This document shows, piece by piece, positions 8,891-20,117 of a DNA stretch of 61,526 nt. Origin of the DNA: an uncultured Eubacteriales bacterium (GTDB lineage Bacteria; Bacillota; Clostridia; Oscillospirales; CAG-272); NCBI GenBank assembly GCA_905210485.1, contig CAJLXA010000005.1:1-61526 (forward strand), in the 5' to 3' direction. Position 1 is the first letter of the stretch. Every line of letters starts with the position of its first letter. The notes under the pieces were generated by a model that saw only the letters and a program-made list of their open reading frames with translations, did not search any database and was not told the DNA's origin. The translations under genes were made by a program, and so were the position numbers.

Positions 8891-10321
8891 TTACACGTTG
8901 ATTCCGGCGTCGACCGTACCGAGCGACGCGCGGTTTTCGGAAAGTACGCGGCGTACTTCGGCTATGTAATCTTCCGTCTGACGCGCCGCGCATCCCGTGA
9001 AAACACTTTCTTTTATAATGGCGTCGATAGCGGCGCGGTCAAGTCCGAAGATGGGATCGGCGGCGATGCGGCAAAGCAGGTCGTTGTCCGCGCCGTCCTG
9101 TTTCACGGCCTTTCCGGCCGCCACGGCATGGCGACGGATTGCTTCGTGAAGCGTCTGACGGTCGCCGCCTTTTTTCACACAGTACATGAGAATGTTTTCC
9201 GTGGCCATAAAAGGCAGTTCTTCCCGCAGATGTTTGGCAATCACGCGCGGATAAACGGTGATGCCGCGTATGACGTTGATATACAGGGTCAGGATGCCGT
9301 CCGTTGCGAGGAAGGCTTCGGGAATACTGATACGGCGGTTGGCGGAGTGGTCCAGCGTGCGTTCAAGCCATTGCGTTCCCGCCGTCATGGCAGGATTCAT
9401 GGTATCCGCTATTACGAAACGGGCAAGCGAGGATATGCGTTCGCTGCGCATGGGATTGCGCTTGTACGCCATGGCGGACGAGCCTACCTGACCGGCTTCA
9501 AACGGTTCGTCGAATTCTTTCAGATGAGAGAGCAGACGGACGTCGCCGGAAAATTTCTGGGCGCTCTGCGCGATGCCGGACAGAACGGATAATGTAAAGT
9601 AGTCCACTTTTCGGGTGTAGGTCTGCCCGCTGACGGCATAGGTGCTGTCAAAGCCCATTTTTTCGGCGATCTTTTTCTCCAGCAGTTTGACTTTTTCCCG
9701 GTCGCCGCCGAAAAGTTCAAGGAAACTGGCGCCCGTACCTGTTGTGCCGCGACAACCCAGCAGTTTCAGATTGCCGAGGACAAAGTCGAGATGTTCAAGA
9801 TCCATCATGAGATCCTGCAACCACAAAGTGGCTCTTTTTCCGACGGTGGTGGGCTGTGCCGCCTGAAAATGCGTATAGGCAAGTGTTTCGAGGTCTTTAT
9901 ATTTTTCCGCAAAATCCGCAAGCGACTGAATGGCGTTCAATAAAAGCGTACGGATGCGGAGAAGCGCTTCGCGCTGAAGGATGATGTCGGTGTTGTCGCC
10001 GACATAGCAACTGGTGGCGCCGAGGTGAATGATCGGCTTCGCTTCCGGGCAGACGGCACCGTAGGCATAGATGTGCGCCATGACGTCATGACGGACTTCC
10101 TTTTCACGCCGATCGGCAACAGCATAGTCGATATCTCCGATATGCGCTTTCATCTCCGCAATCTGTTCGTCCGTGATGTCAAGTCCCAGTTCCTTTTCGC
10201 TTTCGGCAAGGGCGACCCAAAGGCGCCGCCACGTGGAGAACTTGCGGTCATCGGAGAAAATTTCCTGCATTTCGCGCCCTGCATAACGACGGCAGAGCGG
10301 GTTTTCATAAGTATCGTGCAT
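8891..10321 (-). CDS. purB: adenylosuccinate lyase
   Basis: 476 aa. N-terminus YENPLCRRYAGREM and the fumarate-lyase signature SSAMAYKRNP. Confidence 0.95.
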   Translation of the reverse strand: MHDTYENPLCRRYAGREMQEIFSDDRKFSTWRRLWVALAESEKELGLDITDEQIAEMKAHIGDIDYAVADRREKEVRHDVMAHIYAYGAVCPEAKPIIHLGATSCYVGDNTDIILQREALLRIRTLLLNAIQSLADFAEKYKDLETLAYTHFQAAQPTTVGKRATLWLQDLMMDLEHLDFVLGNLKLLGCRGTTGTGASFLELFGGDREKVKLLEKKIAEKMGFDSTYAVSGQTYTRKVDYFTLSVLSGIAQSAQKFSGDVRLLSHLKEFDEPFEAGQVGSSAMAYKRNPMRSERISSLARFVIADTMNPAMTAGTQWLERTLDHSANRRISIPEAFLATDGILTLYINVIRGITVYPRVIAKHLREELPFMATENILMYCVKKGGDRQTLHEAIRRHAVAAGKAVKQDGADNDLLCRIAADPIFGLDRAAIDAIIKESVFTGCAARQTEDYIAEVRRVLSENRASLGTVDAGINV

Positions 10322-10327
10322 GATGAT

Positions 10328-11941
<1,614 letters not shown>

Positions 11942-11949
11942 TCACCTTC

Positions 11950-12534
11950 TTATTGATATGTTTTGATTATGGTTTCCGCGACGGTACGTTTGGTTACGCA
12001 ACGATCCATCGCTGTTTTTTCGATATAACGGTGTGCGTCGGGTTCGGTCATCTTCAACTGTTCGATGAGCAACCATTTCGCACGGTTGACAAGACGGATT
12101 TCCTCCATCTTTTCTTCAAGACTTTCCGCTTTTCTCGCCATGCGGCGCAGGCGCTCGCGTGTGGCGGCGAGAAGAAGCAGAGATTGCGTGACGGTTTGCG
12201 GGGGAGAGGGTTTCGGAATTACGAGAACGCCGTATTCGGTCACCTTTCCGGATATATCCGCGTAATGCTCCGCGCGGACGAAAAGCATGATGCCGGTTTC
12301 GCCGTCGCGGCTGAGGTCAAGAGCAAGGCGCGTTCCGAATTCGTCGGGAAGCGGCGTATTGATGAGAACAAAATCGTAGGAATGTTCAAGCGCCATCCGA
12401 CGGGCGTCGGTAACGCTTTCCGCAAGGTCGATCGGGTCATAACGGCTTTTCGGCAACAGTTTCTTTACGGAGGAAGTGAATTTTTCGGACGCCGATACCA
12501 GTAGAACGCTGTACACGGATGCGCAAAATTCCAT
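11950..12534 (-). CDS. ANTAR-domain RNA-binding antiterminator with pseudo-receiver N-domain
   Basis: 194 aa. The C-terminal block LVNRAKWLLIEQLKMTEPDAHRYIEKTAMDRCVTKRTVAETII is an ANTAR three-helix motif. The N-domain is CheY-like, but the acidic pocket reads VSASE and LINTPLP (no Asp). Strong RBS AAGGAGG. Confidence 0.8.
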   Translation of the reverse strand: MEFCASVYSVLLVSASEKFTSSVKKLLPKSRYDPIDLAESVTDARRMALEHSYDFVLINTPLPDEFGTRLALDLSRDGETGIMLFVRAEHYADISGKVTEYGVLVIPKPSPPQTVTQSLLLLAATRERLRRMARKAESLEEKMEEIRLVNRAKWLLIEQLKMTEPDAHRYIEKTAMDRCVTKRTVAETIIKTYQ

Positions 12535-12584
12535 AAATTCCTCCTTTTTATATAGCGGTTATCAATAAGGGGCAATGCCGGCGG

Positions 12585-13799
12585 TTACTGTTTGCCGCAG
12601 TATTCCCGGATCAGATGTTCCGAAAGAACGGTTTTCACAAAATCATCGTGAAGCGCCGCCTTTTTGGCCTCCTGCCATGTTGCGGGAAGCGGCGTTTGTG
12701 CGGCGGCCTCTTTTGCCGGGAGATTGTATAGATTCTTGTCTTCCGGCGAGGGAAGAACGAGGCGGTTTTCAATACCGTCAAGGCCGGCGCAGATCAGAAG
12801 TGCGAGCGCAAGGTAAGGGTTGCAGGACGGGTCGGGAGATCGGAGCTCGGCGCGTTTGTATTCGCCTTCGGCGGCGGGAATACGGATCAGTTGGGAGCGG
12901 TTCTCGGCCGACCACGAAACGTATTTCGGCGCTTTGTCCTTTCCGAGACGACGGTATGAGTCGTCCGACGGATTGAGAAAGGCCGTAAGGCCGGAGATAT
13001 GACGGAGGATACCCGCGGCGGCAAACGCCGTCATGTCTTCGCCGTTTTTCTTCTTGGCCGAAAAGTTGATATGCATACCGTTTCCGGGTTTATCGGAAAG
13101 CGGCTTCGGTGAAAAATCGGCGAAAAGGCCGTTCCGCGAGGCAACGGTACGGACGACCGTACGGAAAGTGGCGGCGTTATCCGCCGCGGAGAGGGGATCC
13201 GAATAGCGGAAGTCGATCTCGTTTTGCCCCGGTCCCTCTTCATGGTGGGAACTTTCGGGAAGAATCCCCATCTGTTCCAGAGTAAGACAGATTTCGCGGC
13301 GTACGTTCTCCCCTTTGTCTTCGGGGGCGATGTCCATATAACCGGCATGGTCATACGGCTCTTCCGTCGCGTTGCCGTTTTCGTCGCATTTAAAAAGGTA
13401 GAATTCCATTTCCGAACCGAAAGCGAAGGAAATGCCCGCCTCTTCGGCTTTTTTCACGGCGGCTTTCAGAACGGCGCGGGTGTCATACTTAAACACGGTT
13501 CCGTCCGGATGGCGGATATCGCAGAACATTCTGACGACGCGGCCGTGTTCCGGGCGCCACGGAAGAACCGACAATGTGGCCGGATCCGGGTGCAGAAACA
13601 GGTCGGAATGTATATCGGTACCGAAACCGGCTATCGCAGAACCGTCGACGGCGATTCCGTAGCGGAATGCCCGCTCCAGTTCCGACGGCATAACCGACAC
13701 GTTTTTCTGTTTTCCGAAGACGTCGCAGAACGCAAGACGGATAAACTTCACGTCTTCTTCCGCAATGTATTGCGTGATCTCGTCAGGGGAGTAATTCAT
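12585..13799 (-). CDS. glnA: glutamine synthetase, type I
   Basis: Start placed at the ATG at 13799 (MNYSPDEITQYIAEEDVKFIRLAFCD...), which has the RBS GAGGAAGCGAGGAA. The ORF track's longer 425-aa form adds 21 implausible residues. GS catalytic blocks are present: GSEMEFYLF, HHEEGPGQNEI, KPLSDKPGNGMH. Confidence 0.9.
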   Translation of the reverse strand: MNYSPDEITQYIAEEDVKFIRLAFCDVFGKQKNVSVMPSELERAFRYGIAVDGSAIAGFGTDIHSDLFLHPDPATLSVLPWRPEHGRVVRMFCDIRHPDGTVFKYDTRAVLKAAVKKAEEAGISFAFGSEMEFYLFKCDENGNATEEPYDHAGYMDIAPEDKGENVRREICLTLEQMGILPESSHHEEGPGQNEIDFRYSDPLSAADNAATFRTVVRTVASRNGLFADFSPKPLSDKPGNGMHINFSAKKKNGEDMTAFAAAGILRHISGLTAFLNPSDDSYRRLGKDKAPKYVSWSAENRSQLIRIPAAEGEYKRAELRSPDPSCNPYLALALLICAGLDGIENRLVLPSPEDKNLYNLPAKEAAAQTPLPATWQEAKKAALHDDFVKTVLSEHLIREYCGKQ

Positions 13800-13818
13800 G
13801 CAGTTTCCTCGCTTCCTC

Positions 13819-13853
13819 AAAAATAAAGGCATCCATTCAAAAAATGGGGATAC
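13819..13853 (-). terminator. terminator-like hairpin in the glnA leader (attenuator candidate)
   Basis: The minus-strand RNA reads GUAUccCCAUU-uuuug-AAUGG-AUGC followed by CUUUAUUUUUG. It lies just upstream of the glnA RBS and downstream of the promoter at 13900-13928. Confidence 0.5.
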
Positions 13854-13899
13854 TTCCGCCAAACAATGAATGAACGCCTTTGCTCACTAACAGTTTATA

Positions 13900-13928
13900 A
13901 TTATATCACTATGTATTCTCGCTGTCAA
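13900..13928 (-). promoter_or_regulatory. exact consensus sigma-A promoter for glnA
   Basis: The minus strand reads TTGACA (13928-13923), a 17-nt spacer, then TATAAT (13905-13900). A second TTGACA sits 12 nt further upstream (13940-13935). Confidence 0.8.
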
Positions 13929-13978
13929 TATCCCTGTCAATACTTTTTGAAAAATCGCAAAAATTTTCGGAAAATGTC

Positions 13979-14007
13979 TTGACAAACCGAAAAGGGCGCT
14001 GTATAAT
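13979..14007 (+). promoter_or_regulatory. exact consensus sigma-A promoter for the ilvE-panE-glnN-amt operon
   Basis: TTGACA (13979-13984), spacer aaccgaaaagggcgctg (17 nt), TATAAT (14002-14007). Confidence 0.8.
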
Positions 14008-14085
14008 ACATACCATAAAAGGCAACGGCGTCTTTGAGGATACCCTCATCGGCGCCGCTTTTCCGTTAATCGAATATAAGAAGGC

Positions 14086-14128
14086 AAAGAAGTCTTCGGA
14101 TCTGTGTCCGGGGACTTCTTTCTTTTTT
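14086..14128 (+). terminator. intrinsic terminator inside the ilvE leader (attenuator)
   Basis: Outer stem aaagaagtc / gacttcttt, inner stem cgga / tccg, followed by CTTTTTT. It lies about 75 nt after the -10 box and 58 nt before the ilvE ATG. Confidence 0.7.
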
Positions 14129-14185
14129 ATAATATCCGGCGGTTACGGCGTTCGTTTACGGACATACTGAAAAAGAGGTGTATAA

Positions 14186-15196
14186 ATGATGAAAACAAGT
14201 ACAGTCACGGGATTTGCTTATCACAGAATAGGCAAGCGGTATGTTGCGGTCTACCGCAACGGGAAATGGGAGAAAGGTCGTCTGACGCGTAATGCCAACA
14301 TCACGCTGAATGAATCGGCCTGCGTTCTGCAATACGCGCAGACCTGTTTTGAAGGTTTGAAAGCCTATCGGACGGCGGACGGCCGCGCCGTTTGCTTCCG
14401 CCCCGATCTCAACGCGGCGCGACTCCATGATTCCTGCCTGCGAATGATGATCCCGCCTCTTCCCGAAGGTATGTTTGAAGAAGCGGTGCGCATGGTGGTA
14501 AAGGCAAACGAAAAGTATATTCCCGATTATGAAAGCGGCGGCTCCCTGTACCTGCGCCCTTATATTTTCGGAACAAATGCCGTGATCGGTGTGAAGCCGG
14601 CAACCGAATTTGAATTCCGCGTCTTTGCAACGCCGGTCGGTTCGTATTTTCACGGCGGCATGAAACCGCTTCGTATCCGCATTTCCGATTTCGACCGTGC
14701 GGCACCGCACGGAACGGGGCATATCAAGGCGGGACTTAACTATGCGATGAGTCTGTACGCCATTGCTGACGCACATGATAAAGGGTATGACGAAAACCTG
14801 TATCTGGATTCCGCAACGCGTACCTATGTGGAGGAGACAGGCGGCGCGAACGTAATCTTCATTACAAAAGAGGGAACGCTTGTCACGCCGAAATCGGACA
14901 CGATTCTGCCGTCCATCACGCGGCGGTCGCTTCTGTATGTGGCGGAGCATTATCTCGGTATCAAGGCGGAAGAGCGGAAAGTGCGCGCCGATGAACTCGG
15001 CGATTTTGCGGAATGCGGTCTTTGCGGTACGGCGGCGGTGATCTCACCGGTCGGAACGATTGACGACCACGGAAAAGAATATCACTACGGGGTGAAAGAT
15101 CCGGAGCAGTCGGTCATTATGAAACTGTATCATACGCTGCTTCAGATCCAACACGGTACGGAAAAAGCTCCCGATGGGTGGATTATGGAAATCTGA
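14186..15196 (+). CDS. ilvE: branched-chain amino acid aminotransferase (class IV PLP)
   Basis: 336 aa. Blocks CFEGLKAYR, GGSLYLRPY and EETGGANVF-like (EETGGANVIF) are typical of IlvE. Confidence 0.9.
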   Translation: MMKTSTVTGFAYHRIGKRYVAVYRNGKWEKGRLTRNANITLNESACVLQYAQTCFEGLKAYRTADGRAVCFRPDLNAARLHDSCLRMMIPPLPEGMFEEAVRMVVKANEKYIPDYESGGSLYLRPYIFGTNAVIGVKPATEFEFRVFATPVGSYFHGGMKPLRIRISDFDRAAPHGTGHIKAGLNYAMSLYAIADAHDKGYDENLYLDSATRTYVEETGGANVIFITKEGTLVTPKSDTILPSITRRSLLYVAEHYLGIKAEERKVRADELGDFAECGLCGTAAVISPVGTIDDHGKEYHYGVKDPEQSVIMKLYHTLLQIQHGTEKAPDGWIMEI

Positions 15197-15241
15197 AACG
15201 GAAATTCCCGGCACATGCCGGAAGATTGAACGGAGAAAAAT

Positions 15242-16159
15242 ATGAAGATCGGCATTATCGGCGCCGGCGCGATGGGATGTCTTTACGCCGCCATGCTTTG
15301 CGAAAAACACGAGGTAACGCTGTTTGACGTGAACCGTACGGTGGTGGATGCGCTGAATCGCGACGGCATCAGAATGCAGTCGCCCGCGGGCGACGAAAAA
15401 GTATACAGGATTCCGGCCGTGATGAGCGGCGAGGGGAAAAAGGCGTTTGATCTGGTCATACTTTTTGTGAAAGATACGGCAAGTGAGGCGGCGCTTACGT
15501 CGAACTCCATACTGATCGGTGAACAAACGCTGTTGCTTACGCTTCAAAACGGTATGGGGAATGATACAATAATGGAACGTTTCGTTCCGAAAGATCGGAT
15601 TCTTCTCGGAACGACCAAACACAATTGTGTGACGCTTTCTCCGGGTGTGATTTATCATTCCGGCGCGGGCGTTACGCATATCGGGTCGCTGTCCGGGAAT
15701 CATGAGGCCGCAGGATGGGCGGCAAAGTCATTCCGGGACTGCGGGATCGAAACGGAGGCGTGCGAAGATGTGCGGCGCCTTCTGTGGCAGAAACTGTTCG
15801 TCAATATGACCGTAAATCCGATTACGGCTATTCTGGACAGCGAAATCAGCGTGATCCGGGACGATCCGTATGCCCATGCATTGTCGCGGACTCTGATCGA
15901 CGAAGCGGTCGCCGTGGCTGCGGCGGACGGCGAAAAATTTGCGTCGGAAGACGTATTTTGCGACGTTATGAAAACGGTGGACGGTTTTTCCCGCGGCCGT
16001 TCGTCCATGTGGCAGGATATTTCCCACGGAAGAAAGACCGAAATTGATTTCATCAACGGCGCCGTAGTAAAACTGGGTGAAAAATATCACATTCCGACGC
16101 CGTGCCACGCGGCAATCGTACAACTGGTGCACGCAAAGGAATCTCTGGTAAAACAGTAA
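15242..16159 (+). CDS. panE: 2-dehydropantoate 2-reductase (ketopantoate reductase, ApbA/PanE family)
   Basis: 305 aa. N-terminus MKIGIIGAGAMG, C-terminal block SSMWQDISHGRKTEIDFINGAVV. Confidence 0.85.
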   Translation: MKIGIIGAGAMGCLYAAMLCEKHEVTLFDVNRTVVDALNRDGIRMQSPAGDEKVYRIPAVMSGEGKKAFDLVILFVKDTASEAALTSNSILIGEQTLLLTLQNGMGNDTIMERFVPKDRILLGTTKHNCVTLSPGVIYHSGAGVTHIGSLSGNHEAAGWAAKSFRDCGIETEACEDVRRLLWQKLFVNMTVNPITAILDSEISVIRDDPYAHALSRTLIDEAVAVAAADGEKFASEDVFCDVMKTVDGFSRGRSSMWQDISHGRKTEIDFINGAVVKLGEKYHIPTPCHAAIVQLVHAKESLVKQ

Positions 16160-16218
16160 TTTTATCAAATAAAAAGCAAACTAATGTTTTCATATTAACA
16201 GAAAAGGCGGAATAAAAA

Positions 16219-18315
16219 ATGAGTACGGTAACAGATATTTTCGGTAGCCTTGTGTTCGATGACAGAGTGATGAAAGCTACGCTTTCTTCGGACATTTACA
16301 AATCTCTGAAGAAGACCATTGACGAGGGGCAGTCCCTTGATATTCATGTGGCGGACGCCGTTGCCGTGGCAATGAAAGACTGGGCAGTGGCGCACGGCGC
16401 AACGCATTTCACGCACTGGTTTCAACCGCTTACCGGCATTACGGCCGAAAAACACGACTGCTTTATCGCGCCCGCTCCCGACGGCCGCGTGATCATGGAG
16501 TTTTCCGGCAAAGAACTGATCAAGGGCGAGCCGGACGCATCGTCTTTCCCGTCCGGCGGCCTTCGCGCTACGTTTGAAGCGCGCGGTTATACGGCGTGGG
16601 ACCCGACTTCTTATGCCTTTATCAAAGATAAAACGCTTTGTATCCCCACGGCGTTCTGCTCTTACGGTGGCGAAGCCCTTGATAAAAAAACGCCGCTTCT
16701 CCGCTCCATGCAGGCGCTGAATAAACAGGCGCTTCGCATATTGCGTTTGTTCGGTAATACCGATGTCAAGTGCGTACGCACCTCTGTCGGCCCCGAACAG
16801 GAGTATTTTCTTGTGGACAAAGCTACATATGAAAAACGCAAAGACCTGATGTTCACGGGACGTACGCTTTTCGGCGCCAAACCGCCGAAAGGCCAGGAAC
16901 TTGACGATCACTATTTCGGCGTTATCAAGCCGCGTGTGGCCGCGTATATGGCCGATCTGAACGAAGAACTCTGGAAACTCGGCATACTGGCCAAAACCGA
17001 ACATAACGAAGTGGCACCCGCACAGCATGAACTGGCGCCCATCTATTCAACCACGAATATTGCGACCGACCATAACCAACTGACAATGGAGATCATGCAG
17101 AAAGTGGCCTCCCGTCACGGTCTTGTCTGTCTGCTTCATGAAAAACCGTTTGCCGGCGTGAACGGAAGCGGTAAACATAATAACTGGTCGATGGCGACCG
17201 ATACCGGTGTGAACCTGCTGACCCCCGGCGACACGCCGTATGAAAACGCGCAGTTTCTTCTGTTCCTTTGCGCGGTCATCAAAGCGGTGGACGATTATCA
17301 GGATCTGCTTCGTCTTTCGGTTGCGACGGCGGGGAACGATCACCGCCTCGGCGCGAACGAAGCGCCTCCCGCTGTGGTTTCGATGTTCCTTGGCGATGAA
17401 CTTACCGCTGTTCTTGACGCCATTGAAAACGAGAAGCCGTACAGCGCTTCCGAAAAGACCGTTATGAAACTCGGCGTTCATGTTCTGCCGAAGTTCACGC
17501 GCGATACAACCGACCGTAACCGCACGTCGCCGTTTGCTTTTACGGGCAACAAATTTGAATTCCGCATGCTGGGCTCCTCGAACAGCATCGCGTGCGCAAA
17601 CATCATGCTGAACGCGGCGGTGGCGGAATCGCTGAAAATCTATGCCGATCGTCTTGAGAAGGCGGAAGATTTTGAGGGTGCGCTTCATGACATGATAAGA
17701 AAAACGATCAAGGATCATAAGCGCATTATCTTTAACGGCAACGGCTACGACGATACGTGGATCAAAGAAGCGACCGAGAAACGCGGTCTTCTCAACCTGC
17801 GTACAACGCCCGACGCGCTTCCGCGTATTCTTGAAAAGAAAAACGTGGATATGCTTACCTCCCACAAGATTTTCTCTTTGGCGGAGATTAAATCGCGTTA
17901 CGAAATCACGCTGGAAAACTATTGCAAGACCGTCAACATCGAGGCCTTGACGATGGTGGATATGGCCAAAAAGGAAATTCTGCCCGCCGTGACGGCTTAT
18001 GTAAAGGATCTTGCGGAAACGGTCGGCATCAAAACGGCGGCGGTTCCCGGACTGTCCTGCCGTTACGAAAAAGAGACGGTCGCCAAACTTTCCGCGTTGA
18101 CCGATGAAATTGACGACGCGGTGAAAACGCTGGAATCGGCGATTGTGAAATATCAGGGAATCGACGACGTGACGAAAGCGTCGGTGTTTATCCGCGACGA
18201 ACTTTTGCAGAAGATGGCGGAACTGCGCGTGTTCTGCGATGAAGCGGAGACGTTGACGGCGGAAAAATATTGGCCTTTCCCGACCTACGGCGAACTTTTG
18301 TTCGGTGTCAGATGA
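16219..18315 (+). CDS. glnN: glutamine synthetase, type III
   Basis: 698 aa, the length of a GSIII. N-terminal GSIII domain ([12 protein letters not shown]...[11 protein letters not shown]) and catalytic blocks [14 protein letters not shown] and [10 protein letters not shown]. Confidence 0.9.
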   Translation: MSTVTDIFGSLVFDDRVMKATLSSDIYKSLKKTIDEGQSLDIHVADAVAVAMKDWAVAHGATHFTHWFQPLTGITAEKHDCFIAPAPDGRVIMEFSGKELIKGEPDASSFPSGGLRATFEARGYTAWDPTSYAFIKDKTLCIPTAFCSYGGEALDKKTPLLRSMQALNKQALRILRLFGNTDVKCVRTSVGPEQEYFLVDKATYEKRKDLMFTGRTLFGAKPPKGQELDDHYFGVIKPRVAAYMADLNEELWKLGILAKTEHNEVAPAQHELAPIYSTTNIATDHNQLTMEIMQKVASRHGLVCLLHEKPFAGVNGSGKHNNWSMATDTGVNLLTPGDTPYENAQFLLFLCAVIKAVDDYQDLLRLSVATAGNDHRLGANEAPPAVVSMFLGDELTAVLDAIENEKPYSASEKTVMKLGVHVLPKFTRDTTDRNRTSPFAFTGNKFEFRMLGSSNSIACANIMLNAAVAESLKIYADRLEKAEDFEGALHDMIRKTIKDHKRIIFNGNGYDDTWIKEATEKRGLLNLRTTPDALPRILEKKNVDMLTSHKIFSLAEIKSRYEITLENYCKTVNIEALTMVDMAKKEILPAVTAYVKDLAETVGIKTAAVPGLSCRYEKETVAKLSALTDEIDDAVKTLESAIVKYQGIDDVTKASVFIRDELLQKMAELRVFCDEAETLTAEKYWPFPTYGELLFGVR

Positions 18316-18379
18316 CAGACAGAATATTGCGTAATTGACATCTTTAATTTACATTTAATGCTATCAGGAGGTTTGAAAT

Positions 18380-20098
18380 ATGATATACAGTCCTGTCAAT
18401 ACCATCTGGGTTTTACTCGGCGCCGCTCTGGTGTTTTTTATGCAGGCCGGATTTTCCATGTGCGAAGCCGGTTTTACGCGTGCCAAAAATACAGGCAACA
18501 TTCTTATGAAAAACCTGATGGATTTCTGTATCGGTACACCCTGTTTCTGGCTGTTCGGCTTCGGAATCATGTTCGGAACGGGGACGGCGCTGTTCGGCTG
18601 GATTGATCCTTTGATTATGAAAGACTACAGCGGCGTTCTTCCCGACGGCGTTCCGCTTTATGCCTATGCCATTTTCCAGACGGTTTTCTGCGCCACATCG
18701 GCGACAATTGTGTCCGGCGCTATGGCCGAGCGGACAAAGTTCAGTGCCTATTGCCTCTATTCCGCGGCGATCTCGCTTTTCATATATCCCGTATCGGGGC
18801 ATTGGATATGGGGCGGCGGTTGGCTTGCCGCTCTCGGATTTCATGATTTTGCCGGTTCGACGGCCGTACATATGGTCGGCGGTATCTGTGCCCTGATCGG
18901 TGCCAAGATTCTCGGGCCGCGCATCGGTAAATACGGCAAAGACGGGAAACCGCGTGCGATCCTCGGCCACAACCTTACGGCGGCCGCGCTCGGCGTGTTT
19001 ATCCTGTGGTTCTGCTGGTTCGGTTTCAACGGTGCGTCCACCGTGGGTATGGACAGTGACGCGCTGATGGAAAGCGCGGGTCTTATATTCTTCAACACGA
19101 ACCTTGCCGCGGCGGTGGCCTGCTGTACAACGCTTGTCTTCACATGGATCCGCTACGGCAAACCCGATGTGTCCATGACATATAACGCGGCGCTTGCCGG
19201 ACTTGTCGGTATTACCGCCGGGTGTGACGCCGTGAGTCCGCTCGGCGCGGCGATCATGGGACTTGTGTTCGGATTCGTTATCGTGCTTTCGGTAGAGTTC
19301 TTCGATAAGATTGCGAAAATAGACGACCCTGTCGGCGCCATTTCCGTCCACTGTGTTTGCGGCGCGCTCGGAACCGTTCTGACCGGTCTGTTTGCAACGG
19401 GCGTTTCTACAGAAAAAGGCGTGTTCTACGGCGGCGGTTTTCACTTTCTCGGCGTTCAGGCGCTGGGGGTCGTATCGGTTGCGGCATATGTCAGCGTACT
19501 GATTACGGCGGTGTTTATGCTTCTGAAACATACGGTGGGACTTCGCGCCGCCGCGGCCGATGAAATTGAGGGACTTGACATTTCGGAGCACGGTCTGCCT
19601 ACCGCGTACGCCGGCATCGCCATGTTGCCCGATACGGCGACGGATGAAGACGCGCCGGTTGTCGTTTCGGGAGATGTGCCCGCGGCGGAAGCCGTTCCCG
19701 TAAAACGTGAACCCGTTTTCTCCGAAGCGGACGGCAGTCGCCCGAAATTCACCAAGGTGGAGATCATTTGCAAGGAATCCCGCTTTGAGGCGCTGAAAGC
19801 GGCTCTTATTAAACTGGGCATCACCGGTATGACGATGTCTCATGTTCTCGGTTGCGGTATCCAGAAAGGGAAACCGGAGTATTACCGCGGCATCGAGGTG
19901 GAGCCGACGCTCCTGCCGAAAGTGCAGCTGGATATCGTGGTCAGCAAAATTCCGGTGCGTTCGGTGATAGAAACGGCGAAAAAAGTGCTGTATACCGGTC
20001 ATATCGGCGACGGCAAAATATTCGTGTATGATGTGGAAAACGTTGTTAAAGTGCGTACCGGTGAAGAAGGGTATGACGCTTTGCAGGATGTTGAATGA
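18380..20098 (+). CDS. amt: ammonium transporter (Amt) fused to a C-terminal PII (GlnK/GlnB-like) domain
   Basis: 572 aa. Residues 1-410 form a multi-TM Amt (FFMQAGFSMCEAG, VHMVGG, DDPVGAISVHCVCG). The last ~115 aa read KFTKVEIICKESRFEALKAALIKLGITGMTMSHVLGCGIQKGKPEYYRGIEVE...GDGKIFVYDVENVVKVRTGE, which is a PII fold with a T-loop. Confidence 0.9.
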   Translation: MIYSPVNTIWVLLGAALVFFMQAGFSMCEAGFTRAKNTGNILMKNLMDFCIGTPCFWLFGFGIMFGTGTALFGWIDPLIMKDYSGVLPDGVPLYAYAIFQTVFCATSATIVSGAMAERTKFSAYCLYSAAISLFIYPVSGHWIWGGGWLAALGFHDFAGSTAVHMVGGICALIGAKILGPRIGKYGKDGKPRAILGHNLTAAALGVFILWFCWFGFNGASTVGMDSDALMESAGLIFFNTNLAAAVACCTTLVFTWIRYGKPDVSMTYNAALAGLVGITAGCDAVSPLGAAIMGLVFGFVIVLSVEFFDKIAKIDDPVGAISVHCVCGALGTVLTGLFATGVSTEKGVFYGGGFHFLGVQALGVVSVAAYVSVLITAVFMLLKHTVGLRAAAADEIEGLDISEHGLPTAYAGIAMLPDTATDEDAPVVVSGDVPAAEAVPVKREPVFSEADGSRPKFTKVEIICKESRFEALKAALIKLGITGMTMSHVLGCGIQKGKPEYYRGIEVEPTLLPKVQLDIVVSKIPVRSVIETAKKVLYTGHIGDGKIFVYDVENVVKVRTGEEGYDALQDVE

Positions 20099-20117
20099 CC
20101 TTAACGGAAATAATAAA

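Noticed and set aside
15197-15241. Small palindrome CCGGCACATGCCGG between ilvE and panE, considered as a terminator.
   Set aside because: The effective stem is only 4-6 bp with a tiny loop and no U-tract. It is unlikely to terminate transcription.
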